Positions 11,673 through 24,165 of a stretch of DNA of 64,000 bases are shown here, one piece after another. The notes under the pieces are model-generated. The model was given only the letters and a program-made list of their open reading frames with translations, was not told where the DNA came from and made no database searches. The stretch's first letter is position 1; the number at the start of each line of letters is the position of its first letter. The DNA is from Octopus sinensis. Lineage: Eukaryota. The DNA lies in contig NC_043021.1 in the NCBI RefSeq assembly GCF_006345805.1, positions 6,200,001 to 6,264,000 of the forward strand, written 5' to 3'. The translations under genes and the position numbers were made by a program.

Positions 11673-11704
11673 TTCTGAAGATGAGCTTTGCTCAAAACAT
11701 AAAA
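11673..11704 (+). ncRNA. Degenerate minimal hammerhead fold (Penelope-type)
   Basis: UU-CUGAAGA-U-GAGC-UUU-GCUC-AAAA-CAU-A-AA. GAAA to AAAA and ACGU to ACAU are both CpG-to-CpA type changes. Confidence 0.4.
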
Positions 11705-11804
11705 TACCCTTTCTTTCCTTCCCTGAGCATCTTATAATACTTTGCATGTACCATGTCCTTGCATTGTTGTTCTTTGTTTGTGTTTTTTCTTCGTTTTTTG
11801 AGGA

Positions 11805-11837
<33 letters not shown>

Positions 11838-11840
<3 letters not shown>

Positions 11841-12074
11841 CAGCGTGGAAGGTGTTTGTAAGCCATTTAAGAAACACACAAAAGCCTTTTGATTCACTTC
11901 AACATTTAAGTTTAATTTGTCAAAATATGAGATGCAGCACAGATTTTTGTCAGTGAACAGGTCGTGGTCTTAAAGCGACGAAAATATTTTGACAAATTAA
12001 ACTTAAATGTTGCAGTGAATCGAACGGCTTTTGTGTGTTTCTTAAATGGCTTATAAACACCTTCCACGCAGCAA
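11838..12074. repeat. Inverted repeat with 91-bp arms and a 55-nt spacer
   Basis: Arms 11838-11928 and 11984-12074 with a few mismatches. Confidence 0.85.
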
Positions 12075-12133
12075 TTGTTTTCGTTTCAGCACACGATCTC
12101 AGATCAAATCACTTGCTATGCAAGTACATCTCC

Positions 12134-12176
<43 letters not shown>

Positions 12177-12270
12177 AGTATCATCATCATCATCGTTTAA
12201 CGTCTGTCTTCCATGCTACCATGGTTGGACGGTTTGACCGGGATCTGGGAAGCCAGAAGGCTGCACCAGG

Positions 12271-12305
<35 letters not shown>

Positions 12306-12367
12306 AGTATATATATATATGTAAGTATATATATGTAAGTATATATATATGTAAGTGTATATATATA

Positions 12368-12402
<35 letters not shown>

Positions 12403-12737
12403 CATGTGTCTGTATATGACTTAAGGGATTGGTTGCTGTTTAGTTACGTATTTAGGAGTTGGTTATAGATTTACTTGTTGAATCTATTTACCGATACTGA
12501 AAATTGTGGTTTCTTTGGTATGTTTGTTCCCAAACAACATTTATTTTAGTGCTGTCGACACTGCCGGGTTGAATGGTACTGTCCAAGTGTCAAAACCGTA
12601 ATGATATCTGTGGGGCAGCTGATGATGGAGGTATGTTGGATTGTTGGCATGGTTGTTTTTGTATATGTGGAATAGTGTTATAGCACATCCTTTTGATGTA
12701 TGTATGTATGTATGTATATATGTATGTATTTATGTAT

Positions 12738-12768
<31 letters not shown>

Positions 12769-13189
12769 TATATACAAAGGATGTCGCGGTACACATGTTT
12801 CAAGCTTTATAAAACAACTTATTCTTACATCAATGTATAATCGACATAACAGGTGGTTTAAAGCTCTCTTCAGCCGCATGCATTTGCTATACCAAAGACC
12901 TGTGTCACATTATGAAAAGTCCGAAAAGGAACATTTGGTATTATCTATGATGGTAGGTCTATTGATTTTCACTGAGAAAGTATGTTTGTAAATCTTCATA
13001 ATCAAATAGGTGTGCAGGGTATTATTGGACTTCGAAAATCCGTCCATACAGTATCATCAGTCAATATAGATATACATACATACATACATACATACATATA
13101 TGGGTACAGGACGTCACCAACAGTAAACCACATGAAGTACAACAATAAATGAGTACAATATGCAAACAACGAGAGAATCAAATAGAAAA

Positions 13190-13292
13190 CATAAATGCTT
13201 TCTGAAAGCATCCTGTTATCAGCTTCCACACTATTGGTAAGCAAGTGATTGGTCTATAGTTGCTAGCTGCATTATCCTTGCTCTTATCCTTT
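13190..13292 (-). mobile_element. R4/Dong-like non-LTR reverse transcriptase fragment
   Basis: ASNYRPITCLPIVWKLITG motif, abutting a (TAA)n tract. Confidence 0.6.
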
Positions 13293-13294
13293 AT

Positions 13295-13830
13295 ATTATT
13301 ATTATTATTATTGAGTGAGAGAACAGTGCATGCCATCAAAATGACACTGGAGTAAAATATACAAAGCCCAGTATACCCACCATGACTACCCGTCTGATAA
13401 GGGTACACCAGGCACATGCATCGCAACCATATGTGCACGACATGATGCACTCATACCATGATAAACAGCACATGACTTTGCAGGTGGGGCACAGTTAGAA
13501 TTTTCTTCAGGTCGAGTAACCCATCCTGCTCAAAAGGTCCCTGAATAAGGGTTGTTTAAGGATGTTGAACGAAACACCCATGTTTCCAAAGGTGAATTAT
13601 CCAAACCCCAAGAATTCCTCTCAACACATGGCTATGATGCTCCGCCACTACTTCTGCTCTTGATCAGAGATGCACATATCATCAGCCACTAAAGGACATG
13701 CTCAACTGATTAAGATCAAACAACTGACAAGCAAATATGTGGAATTGAGCAAAATATTTGCTGTTACCCATTTTTTATACAAAGACAAAACAATGCACAT
13801 GATAATACTTCCAAACAGATAAGATCAGAA
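13295..13830 (-). mobile_element. Family F repeat copy
   Basis: Reverse complement of 23645-24165. Confidence 0.65.
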
Positions 13831-14090
13831 GCCTTGAGAACTTACACACACATACATATATATATATATACATATATACGACATACTTCTTTCAGTTTCC
13901 GTCTCCCAAATCCACTCACAAGGCATTGGTCGGCCTGGGGCTATAGCAGAAGACACTTGCCCAAGATGCCATGCAGTGGGACTGAACCCGGAACCATGTG
14001 GTTGGTAAGCAAGCTACTTACCACACAGCCACTCCTGTATATATATGTATATATATATATATGTATGTGTGTGTGGTACTTCATCAGGGC

Positions 14091-14140
<50 letters not shown>

Positions 14141-14284
14141 TATGTTTGACTTTTGCTTTATATTTGTACAAGTTGGTTCCAAGTCTCACCCAGAGACCTC
14201 AAGAGACAACAGGTTGGAAGTTCATGTTGTTGTTATGCCTAGTGTGCCATATATTTGGTTTTGTATTTAGTGTTGTACTAGTGA

Positions 14285-14315
<31 letters not shown>

Positions 14316-14337
14316 GTTGTTGTTGTTTTACTTCTAG

Positions 14338-14521
14338 GCTATGTTTCTGGTAAGTTCTATACCAATGATGGTCGGCCTACAAAAGTCTTGGACAGAATCA
14401 ATGCAAAGATTGCAGAATTTAACAAACAACAGGGAATGGATAAATTAAGAGCCAGCAGGCCCCCTTGCAACATAGAAACAGACCATAAAGCAGGCACCAG
14501 AGTGTGGTGCACACAAAAGAG
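14338..14521 (+). CDS. CYB5D2: CYB5D2 exon 3
   Basis: Acceptor ttttacttctag|, encodes (G)YVSGKFYTNDGRPTK...RPPCNIETDHKAGTRVWCTQK, donor AG|GTATGG. 184 nt. PPCN...VWC is typical of neuferricin. Confidence 0.9.
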
Positions 14522-14789
14522 GTATGGGGTTATAATTTGGGCTGTCTATTCAACTAGCGTTAAGTTTAACTTCACCTTTTTTTACCTTTTAGGGCCCATA
14601 ATAATGAAGTACCAGTGGACTACTAGGGATACACATAACCTGTTATAACTCTACCCTGCCAAATTTTTAACCGTGTTTCTATACCACAAAAATAATTATT
14701 TTAAGTTGAGCACTGGGGTCAGTGGAATTGACTAGCCCCCTCCCCCAAAATGGATAGCCTTATGCCAAAATTCGAAACCATTATTATCA

Positions 14790-14818
14790 TTCTTCTTCTT
14801 CTTCTTCTTCTTCTTCTT

Positions 14819-14877
<59 letters not shown>

Positions 14878-14890
14878 CCTCCTCCTCCTC
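14790..14890. repeat. Compound (TTC)n(ATC)n(CTC)n microsatellite
   Basis: Directly visible in the sequence. Confidence 0.95.
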
Positions 14891-15314
14891 TAGCCTCGGG
14901 CCGACCAATGCCTTGTGAGTGGATTTGGTAGACGGAAACTGAAAGAAGCCTGTCGTATAAATGTATATACATATATATATATGTTTGTGTGTCTGTGTTT
15001 GTCCCCCCCCCCCACATCGCTTGACAACCGATGCTGGTGTGTTTACATCCCCGTCACTTATCGGTTCGGCAAAAAGAGACCGATACAATAAGTACTGGGC
15101 TTACAAAGAATAAGTCCCAGGATTGATTTGCTTGACTAAAGGTGGTGCTCCAGCATGGTCACAGTCAAATGACTGAAACAAGTAAAAGAGTAAAAGGGAG
15201 AGAGAGGTACCAGATCCTAAAATTGCTGGCCTTGTGCCAAAATTTGAAACAGTTGTTGCTGCTGTTGTTGTTGTTACTGTTATTGTTGTTATTATTTGTT
15301 TGTTTATTTGGCAG

Positions 15315-15528
15315 TGGTGGTGTGCTGCGAAATTGGGTTGGTGTGCCACGTCTGATGTACAAGCCAGGGGACAGCACGCTGTCGTGTGTGTGTGTACAGC
15401 TGTCATCCTTGACTGAACATGAAAAGCGCTCATCTGCAATTCGAAGCTACCCAGGGTGTGAACCAACGTCCACGGCTTGCCAAGTCCCCAACAGCGTCAA
15501 CATGGACATCCTTTTACAGGCCAACTAA
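15315..15528 (+). CDS. CYB5D2: CYB5D2 exon 4 (terminal, stop TAA)
   Basis: Acceptor tttatttggcag|, encodes (S)GGVLRNWVGVPRLMYKPGDSTLSCVCV...SYPGCEPTSTACQVPNSVNMDILLQAN*. Matches the neuferricin GG.R.W.GVPR..YKPG...CVCV motif. Exon sum 945 nt is an intact frame. Confidence 0.92.
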
Positions 15529-15606
15529 CTCTCCGATGGTAGGTGGTTAGTGGCAGTGCAGAGGTCGGAGAAGTGCTGTAGAGACTGGAGTAAAGTCAAA
15601 TGGATT

Positions 15607-15612
15607 AATAAA
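15607..15612 (+). promoter_or_regulatory. Candidate polyadenylation signal of CYB5D2
   Basis: AATAAA about 80 nt after the stop codon. Motif only; common in AT-rich DNA. Confidence 0.3.
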
Positions 15613-15723
15613 TTGATAAAAGAAGGAAATCAAGCTAACCTCTGGCCATATGATCAAAGACATTCCATCCATGACCATCTCATATTTTATTCAAACATGG
15701 TATATTAAGGTGCTGATGGTTAA

Positions 15724-16085
15724 CCCTTTAGTGTTCTGATTATTCTATCAAACATAATGCTTATTGATTCCCATTGATTTGAATTAATCATGCATTATCT
15801 CATATCTTTAAGATCTTGATGGTGTAATTACCTAATGTAGAATAACATTGTAGGGTAGGTGTGAGAGCCTGGATCTGGTCAGTTTGAACATAAAACAGTT
15901 TAAATATTTTGGCCGGATATGGCTGGTTTAAATATTAGGTTGTCCCAAAAGTTCGTAAACACTTGCGAAAATTGAATTTTTACTCGCCAAGTACTAACAA
16001 AAACAACAAAAATTATTCCTCAAAATAAAGACCATTATTTTCCAAGACTTTCTACGAACTTTTGGGACAACCTTATACTAAAGGG
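15724..16085. mobile_element. piggyBac-type MITE family 1 (host of the nested MITE)
   Basis: TTAA|CCCTTTAG...CTAAAGGG|TTAA. The interior matches 17344-17564 in reverse. Confidence 0.75.
15935..16075. mobile_element. 141-bp mariner-type MITE nested in a piggyBac-type MITE
   Basis: 23-bp TIRs T(T/A)AGGTTGTCCCAAAAGTTCGTA with TA on both flanks. Confidence 0.85.
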
Positions 16086-16272
16086 TTAAAGCTGGTCACC
16101 CAGCTCTGTCCAATAATGTATGTGTGTAAACAGAATTCTATCTCTTTATCTCTCTGTTTATATCCACATTTCTTTATCTACCAAACTACATCTTTCTATG
16201 AGTCTATCTTTTATTTATTTGTTTATTTCTATTTACACCTAACTATTTATATTGCTATATATATATATATCT

Positions 16273-16570
16273 GGAGGCGCAATGGCCCAGTGGTTAGGGC
16301 AGCAGACTCGCGGTCGTAGGATCACAGTTTCGATTCCCAGACCGGCATTGTGTGTGTTTATTGAGCGAAAACACCTGAAAAATTCCATGATGCTCCAGCA
16401 GGGGGTGGTGGTAATCCCTGTTGTACTCTTTCACCACTCTTTCTCTCTTTCTTCTGTTGGCCTGCTCACTTAGCCAGCGGGGTGGCGTCGTTCGAAGGCT
16501 AAAACAGTGCGAACGCATTGTGACCAGCGATGTGTTGCAACATCTGATGGTCTGGTCGGTCACGTGATCA
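16273..16570 (+). mobile_element. SINE family B2 (same head, different 3' half ending GGTCACGTGA)
   Basis: Other B2 copies at 9858-10115 (+) and 49769-50062 (-); tail only at about 775-797. A third head variant lies at 10541-10853. Confidence 0.85.
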
Positions 16571-17343
16571 GGTGATATATATATATATCTATTTTTATAT
16601 TTGAATAAAACTAAGAACAACATTGTTTTTGCTCTTCAGTTTGAACTTTAACTTGCTTTTTTACACAGATTTTTGTCATGTTTCAAAACTGTTTATGGCT
16701 CATTCATCATTGAAAAAAAAATATTTTGTTCAAATGAATTGTGTCCGTTGGATTACATTTGTATCTTTAAATAAATAAATTAAAATTATTTTTATAGCTC
16801 TGTATTATTGTGAAACATATATTCTTTGTCTCTTTGAATTCCATCACAAAGCTTCGGTCGACTCGGGGCTATAGCAGAAGACACCTGTCCAAAGTGCCAT
16901 GCAGTGGGACTGAACCTGAAACCATGTAGCGAGAAAGCAAGCTCCCTAACCACACAGCCATGCCCGTGCCTACACATATATATGATGTACTTCTTTCAGT
17001 TTCTGTCTCCTAAATTCACTCTGAAGGCTTTTGTTGGTCTGGAACTATAGCTCAAAACACTTGCCTAAGATGCCATACAGTGGGATTGATCCCAGAACCA
17101 TATGATTGGGAAGCAAACTTCCAACCACACTGCCACACCTATGTCTATCCAAACAGCCATGCCTGTGCCTTTGTTTTAAAAAAGAAAAAAAAATCCACCT
17201 TGTTCGTAACAAAAATATTCCCGACATTCTGTTTCTTTTGTAGCCATTAGTATTTCACAAGCAACTCCAGCTAAGAGATTTCACAATTATTTGGAAACCA
17301 AAGACCAAAGGAAGCAATTTACTTTTTCAATATATTTCATTAA

Positions 17344-17564
17344 CCCTTTAGCATTTAAACTGGCCATATCTGGCCAAAAGTATTCTGCCTGTTTTATGGT
17401 CAAACTGGTCAGATCTAGTCTCTCACTCCAACCCTACAATATCATTTTAAAAATTAACAGCTACGTCTTCAAAATCTCATAGCTACAAGATAATGCATGA
17501 TTAGTTCAAAACAATGTAGATGAAGAAGCATTAATTTTGGCAGAATAATGCGAACACTAAAGGG
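17344..17564. mobile_element. piggyBac-type MITE family 1 (about 220 bp)
   Basis: TTAA|CCCTTTAG...CTAAAGGG|TTAA. Confidence 0.8.
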
Positions 17565-17938
17565 TTAAAAGTATTTGTAAAAAGTTTAAATTTAGCTTTT
17601 TGGTGTAGCAACTAATTGCGTTTTGTTGAAACTGCAGTTCTTTTAGAAACCGATAATTCTGTCTTGGAACCTACAGCCCCAGACAAGAAGGAATAGGACT
17701 GCAATGTATCCATCAATCGATTTCCATTTATTCATTTAAAGGCATTTTATGAGACAATGCATCAAATATTTATAGGCAAAGACATGACACACATATGACA
17801 AAAGTGCACGTGAAATATGTGTCGTATAGTTAAGTGTGCAATAAAACAAAATGTGTTTTACGAAATACTTCCTACATCAGTTCGTAAGAAATGGATAATT
17901 ACAAAAATAAAATGATAAAAATAAAAATGAAATAAATA

Positions 17939-18342
17939 GGCGCAGGAGTGGCTGTGTGGTAAGTAGCTTGCTTACCAACCACATGGTTCCAGGTTCAGTC
18001 CCACTGCGTGGCATCTTGGGCAAGTGTCTTCTGCTATAGCCTCGGGCCGACCAATGCCTTGTGAGTGGATTTGGTAGACGGAAACTGAAAGAAGCCTGTC
18101 GTATATATGTATGTGTGTGTATGTTTGTGTGTCTGTGTTTGTCCCCCTAGCATTGCTTGACAACCGATGCTGGTGTGTTTACGTCCCCGTCACTTAGCGG
18201 TTCGGCAAAAGAGACCGATAGAATAAGTACGAGGCTTACAAAGAATAAGTCCCGGGGTTGATTTGCTCGACTAAAGGCGGTGCTCCAGCATGGCCGCAAT
18301 CAAATGACTGAAACAAGTAAAAGAGTAAAGAGTAAGAGTAAA
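17939..18342 (+). mobile_element. SINE family A
   Basis: Full-length copy. Confidence 0.9.
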
Positions 18343-19815
18343 TAAAAATAAGGCTTAACAATAAATTGTTTACGATGAGTATTGCTTCCATATTCATCAA
18401 TGCCAGATGAATCAGTACGGTTGTGGTCGGACTGTGGATTATGATCAGCACTTGTTGATGACAGCAGTCGGAGATTGATTTGATGCAACAGCCAGTCAGC
18501 AGCTTCATCTAATGATGTGTCTGGCTGGCAGTGGGTGATGCTGCACAATTCTGTAACTAAAGCTGATTATCTGATTCTGATGCCGCTTCCATCTGATGAA
18601 TCAAATATACCATTGAACTGAATACCACATGTCCATTTAGTTTCACTTGCCTAATCATCATCGTCGTTGTCGTCGCCGCCGCCACCACCACCATCATAAC
18701 CACCACCACCACCACCACCACCACTGCCACCGCCGCCACCATTTAACCCTTTTGTTACCAACCTGGCTTAAACCGCCTCTGGCCCTGTAGTACAAATGTC
18801 TTGTTTTCATTAGTTTTGAATTAAAATCTTCCACCAAACCTTAGTCACAATTTATGTTCCTAACACTAGCTGAATGATAACTAAGTTATTTTACTAAATT
18901 CTTTGTTATATTTGACCCTTTTGTTACCAACCTGGCTGAAACTGGCTCTGGCCCTGTAGTACAAATGTCTCGTTTCCAAAAGTTCTGAATTCAGCCAAAG
19001 GAGTTCAAATTCTGCTGAGGTTGACTTTGCCTTTCATCCTATCAGGGTCAATAAAATAAGTACCAGTTGAGTACTGGGGTCGATGTAATTGACTTAGCCC
19101 CTCCCCTGAAATTGCTGACCTTGTGCCAAAATTTGAAATTGTTATTATTATTATTATTATGATTATATAAGTCAGCAAGCTGGCAGAATTGTTAGCACAC
19201 CAGACAAAATGCTTAGCAGCATTTCATCTGTCTTTATATTCTGAGTTCAAATTTTGCCAAGGTCGACTTAGCCTTTCATTCTTCAGGGTCAATAAAATAA
19301 GTGCCAGTTCAACAGTGGGGTCAATGTAATCAACTTACCCCTCCCCTGAACTTGTTGGCATTGTGCCAAAATTTGGAATCAAAATTTTTTAAGTAGTTAA
19401 GGTGACAAGCATGCTGGGCAAAATGCTGAGCCATCTTAATGGTTTGGGCTCAACTTTGCTTTCTATCCTATCAGGGTCAATAAAATAAGTACTAGTTGAT
19501 TATTGGGGGTCAGTGTAATTGACTTAACCCTCCCCCAAAATTGCTGGCCTTGTGCCAAAATTTGAAGTCAGTATTTCGTTAGTAGTTGTTGAAGTCACAG
19601 ATGCAACATATGGACATGTTGAGAATGAATCAATAAGTTGCTATCAATTGTAAAATGGTCCAGTGTAGTTGATGTAGGCATTCAGTGCCCTGCTCCAGGT
19701 GTTTTTTGTACTTAGGTATTGTTGTAATTGGGTGCATTAGCAATCTATTGTTATGGTTTCAGTGTCATTGCCTTTTCGGTCAGTAGCAGAATCTACAACT
19801 CATTTGTTTTCATTG

Positions 19816-20198
19816 TGGAAGCACTCTGTCGGTTACGACGACGAGGGTTCTGGTTGATCCGAATCAATGGAACAGCCTGCTCGTGAAATTAACGTGTAAG
19901 TGGCTGAGCACTCCACAGACACGTGTACCCTTAACGTAGTTCTCGGGGATATTCAGCGTGACACAGAGAGTGACAAGGCCGGCCCTTTGAAATACAGGTA
20001 CAACAGAAACAGGAAGTAAGAGTGAGAGAAAGTTGTGGTGAAAGAGTACAGCAGGGATCACCACCATCCCCTGCCGGAGCCTCGTGGAGCTTTAGGTGTT
20101 TTCGCTCAATAAACACTCACAACGCCCGGTCTGGGAATCGAAACCGCGATCCTACGACCGCGAGTCCGCTGCTCTAACCACTGGGCCATTGCGCCTCC
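19816..20198 (-). mobile_element. SINE family B1 with an 11-bp TSD
   Basis: TGTTTTCATTG at 19805-19815 and 20199-20209. Confidence 0.92.
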
Positions 20199-20480
20199 TG
20201 TTTTCATTGAACCCACATAATACTGACTCTTCATGCAGTTCAGCCAAAATTTAATTTTGCTATACTTTCAGAATAATTCTTGGAAATTTTGACTGTAAAA
20301 TTCATAAATTCCCATAATCATTTATATTACCATTTTATTTTATTTCATCTAGTTTCAGCTCACGAGCTGTGGCCATGCTGGGGCACTGCCATTTACACAT
20401 ATATACAACGGGCTTCTTTCAGTTTCCATCTACCAAATCCACTCGCAAGGCTTTGGTCAGCCCAAGGCTATACTCTCTCT

Positions 20481-20897
20481 CTTTACTCTTTTACTCTTTT
20501 ACTTGTTTCAGTCATTTGACTGTGGCCATGCTGGAGCACTGCCTCTAATCGAGCAACTCGACCCTGGGACTTATTCTTTTGTAAGCCCAGTACTTATTCT
20601 ATCGGTCTCTTTTGCCGAACCGCTAAGTAACGGGGACATAAACACACCAGCATCGGTTGTTAAGCAATGCTAGGGGGACAAACACAGACACACAAACACA
20701 TATACACACACACACACACGCATATATATATACGACAGGCTTCTTTCAGTTTCCGTCAACCAAATCCACTCACAAGGCATTGGTCGGCCCGGGGCTATAG
20801 CAGAAGACACTTGCCCAAGATGCCACACAGTGGGACTGAACCCGGAACCATGTGGTTGGTTAGCAAGCTACTTACCACACAGCCACTCCTGCGCCTA
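20481..20897 (-). mobile_element. SINE family A
   Basis: Full-length reverse copy. Confidence 0.9.
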
Positions 20898-21352
20898 TGA
20901 ATCAAATAAAAATGAAATTGAAGTTAATTCTGTTTCTATTAAACATTTCTATCAAAAGTTTTAAAAAGCATAAATGGTTTGTTTTTAAAATCTTCAAATA
21001 ATTGGTGAAAGATTTGATGGAATTCCGGTTATTACTAAAAAGCATTGAATAAGTTATAACCATCAGTGTATGGTGGTTGTTGTATTAAGTGTACTTCCAC
21101 ACCCAATGACATCAAATTTCAAGCAGGGATACAACAAAAGTTTTCAATTAAAATTTGTAATTAAATTAACGAGTAAGGTAAATATTTATAATGAGTTTGC
21201 CATTTCAGATAGGTGTGCAGTGCACAGCTGGCACACCTGGAATATACGCCCCCAGCTATAATATTTTAATTAAGCAACTAATTAGCATCGGTTGGTAAAA
21301 CTAAATAATAAAGACAAACACATTACAGAATATTAGTAAAAAGCAATGTATA

Positions 21353-21730
21353 GGCGTAGGAGTGGCTGTGTGGTAGCTTGCTTACCAACCACATGGTTTC
21401 GGGTTCAGTCCCACTGCGTGGTACCTTGGGCAAATTTCTTCTACTATAGCCTGGGGCTGACCAAAGCCTTGTGAGTGTATTTGGTAGATGGAAACTGAAA
21501 GAAGCCCGTCGTATATATGTATATATATGCGTGTGTGTGTTTGTCCCCCTAGCATTGCTTGACAACTGATGCTGGTGTGTTTACGTCCCCGTCACTTAGC
21601 GGTTCGGCAAAAGAGACCGATAGAATAAGTACTGGGCTTACAAAGAATAAGTCCCGGGGTCGAGTTGCTCGATTAAAGGCGGTGCTCCAGCATGGCCGCA
21701 GTCAAATGACTGAAACAAGTAAAAGAGTAA
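21353..21730 (+). mobile_element. SINE family A
   Basis: Full-length copy, tail-to-tail with the next copy. Confidence 0.9.
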
Positions 21731-21788
21731 ACTAAATTATTGCTGTGGCAACTATAATTTTTGTAATTGGTTCAATGTTTTTCCCTAC

Positions 21789-22179
21789 ACTCTTTTACTT
21801 GTTTCACTCATTTGACTGTGGCCATGCTGGAGCACCGCCTTTAGTCGAGTAAATCAACCCCAGGACTTATTCTTTGTAAGCCTTGTACTTATTCTTTCGG
21901 TCTCTTTCGCAGAACCGCTAAGTTACGGGGATGTAAACACACCAGCATCGGTTGCCAAGCGATGTTGGGGTGACAAACACAGACACACAAACACACGCAT
22001 ACATATATATACACATACATACGACAGGCTTCTATCAGTTTCCGTCTACCAAATCCACTCATAAGGCTTTGGTTGGCCTGAGGCTATGGTAGAAGACACT
22101 TGCTCAAGGTGCCACGCAGTGGGACTGAACCCAGAACCATGTGGTTGGTAAGCAAGCTACTTACCACACAGCCACTCCT
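21789..22179 (-). mobile_element. SINE family A
   Basis: Full-length reverse copy. Confidence 0.9.
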
Positions 22180-22937
22180 AAACAGAAAAGTATTTTTATA
22201 GGTTCAACTGAGTATTTAAGCCGGCCACATCCAGCCAAAATATGCTACCTGTTTTATGTTGAAACTGGCCAGATCTGGTTCCTCGATGCTACCCAACAAT
22301 GTCATGTGAAAAATTAACAGTTACCTCGTCAAAATCTCAAAGCTACAAGATATTTATTTATTCGCATTTAAAACTATGTGAATAAATAAGCATTACGTTT
22401 GACAATCATCATCATCATCATCATCATCGTTTAACGTCCGTTTTCCGCGCTAGCACGGGTTGGACGGTTTCGACCGGGGTCTGGGGAGCCAGGGGCTGCC
22501 CCAGGCTCCAGTCTGGTCTGGCAGTGTTTCTACAGCTGGATGCCCTTCCTAACGCCAACCACTCTGCGAGTGTAGTGGGTGCTTTTTACGTGCCACCTGC
22601 ACAGGTGCCAGAGGGGTCTGGCATCGGCCACGGTCGGTTGGTGCTTTTTATGTGCCACCTGCACAGAAGCCAGTCGGGGCAGTGCTGGCATCGGCCACGT
22701 TCGGATGGTGCTTTTTATGTGGGGGGGGGTGCAGAAATATAGGGGAGCACCAGTGGGGAGGGGTGTTCGGAGTGTTCGTGTACTTGACTCAACAGGTCTC
22801 CTCAAGCACAGCGGGACGATCTGGGATCCGGGGTACTTTGAATGGGCAGGGGCTATGCGGAACTGATGCAGGAAGCAGCCCGGGTCTTTGCAGTCACAGC
22901 ATATCTCCAGAACGCTAAATGGTTAATGTCATGCATA

Positions 22938-23170
22938 GGCGGCGAGCTGGCAGAACCGTTAGTTCGCCGGGCGAAATGCTTCGCGGTATTTCGTCTGCCG
23001 TTACGTTCCGTGTTCAAATTCCGCCAAGGTCGACTTTGCCTTTCATCCTTTCGGGGTCGATTAAATAAGTGCCAGTTACGCACTGGGGTCGATTTAATCG
23101 ACTTAATCCGTTTGTCTGTCCTTGTTTGTCCTCTCTGTGTTTAGCCCCTTGTGGGTAGTAAAGAAATAGG
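22938..23170 (+). mobile_element. SINE family C
   Basis: Full about 230-bp copy. Others at 34090-34322, 43635-43895, 49213-49375 (+) and 51560-51770, 57090-57490, 6150-6250 (-), plus a decayed cluster at 19000-19570. Confidence 0.88.
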
Positions 23171-23644
23171 TTAATGTCATGCATACTTTCACTAAATGAC
23201 TGTATTTATATGAGCCTGGCTCAAATGCTCTTTTGGGCAATGTTTTTTTCAAATAAAGAATATTTTTTTAATTGCTGTCCCAGTATATTTTTGTTGGAAA
23301 TTTGTTTATCTACCTTGTGTGTGTGTGTGGATGCACGTGTGTGTTGCTGTTTCCTTGTTTTGTCATCACATGATAGCTGTAAGCAAGTGTCGTCATCATA
23401 ATGCAAAGTAGTGTTCTTCCTTCCCAATCTTCCTTGAAAACATGTCTGGTTATGGAGACGTATTACCTTACTTGGAAGCGAGGGTTAGTGATAGGAAAGG
23501 CATCCAGCCATGAGAAATTTGCTTCAATAAAATTCTATCCAACCCATGCAAAAACAATCTTGGCAGTGAAGAAGAATGAGAAGAAGAAAAAGGAGAAGAG
23601 GGAGAGGAAGAACAAGAAGAAGAAGAAAGAGAAAAATAATAATA

Positions 23645-24165
23645 ATAATTACAGCAAATATTCTGCTCAATTTGGTATAAAAGATGGGTTACAGCAAATA
23701 TTCTGCTCAATACCACAGATTTGCTTGTCAGTTGTTTGACCTTAACCAGTTGAGCATGTCCCTTAGTGGCTGACGATCTCTGCATCATTGATCAAGAGCA
23801 GAAGTAGTGGGGAAGCATCATAGCCATGTGGTGAGAGAGATTCTTTGGGGTTTGAATAAGTCACCTCTGGAAATATAGGTGTTTCGTTCAACATCCTTAA
23901 ATAACCCTTATTCAGGGACCTTTTGAGCAGGATGGGTTACTCAACCAGAAGAAAATTCTAACTGTGCCCCACCTGCAAGGTCATGCGCTGTTTATCTTGA
24001 TATAAGATCACCATGTCGCGCACACATGGTTGTGATGCATGTGCCTAATGTACCCTTATCAGGCGAGTAGTCATGATGGGTATAGTGGACTTCGTATATT
24101 TTACCCCAGTGTCACTTTGATGGCATGCACTGCTCTCTCACTCAGTAATAATAATAATAATAATT
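23645..24165 (+). mobile_element. Unclassified about 520-bp interspersed repeat with (TAA)n tail (family F)
   Basis: Reverse-oriented copy at 13295-13830 and a partial copy at 28320-28495. Confidence 0.65.

Noticed and set aside
18345-18660. Protein-like minus ORF (DTSLDEAADWLLHQINLRLLSS...)
   Set aside because: No recognisable family, no donor site and no partner exons.
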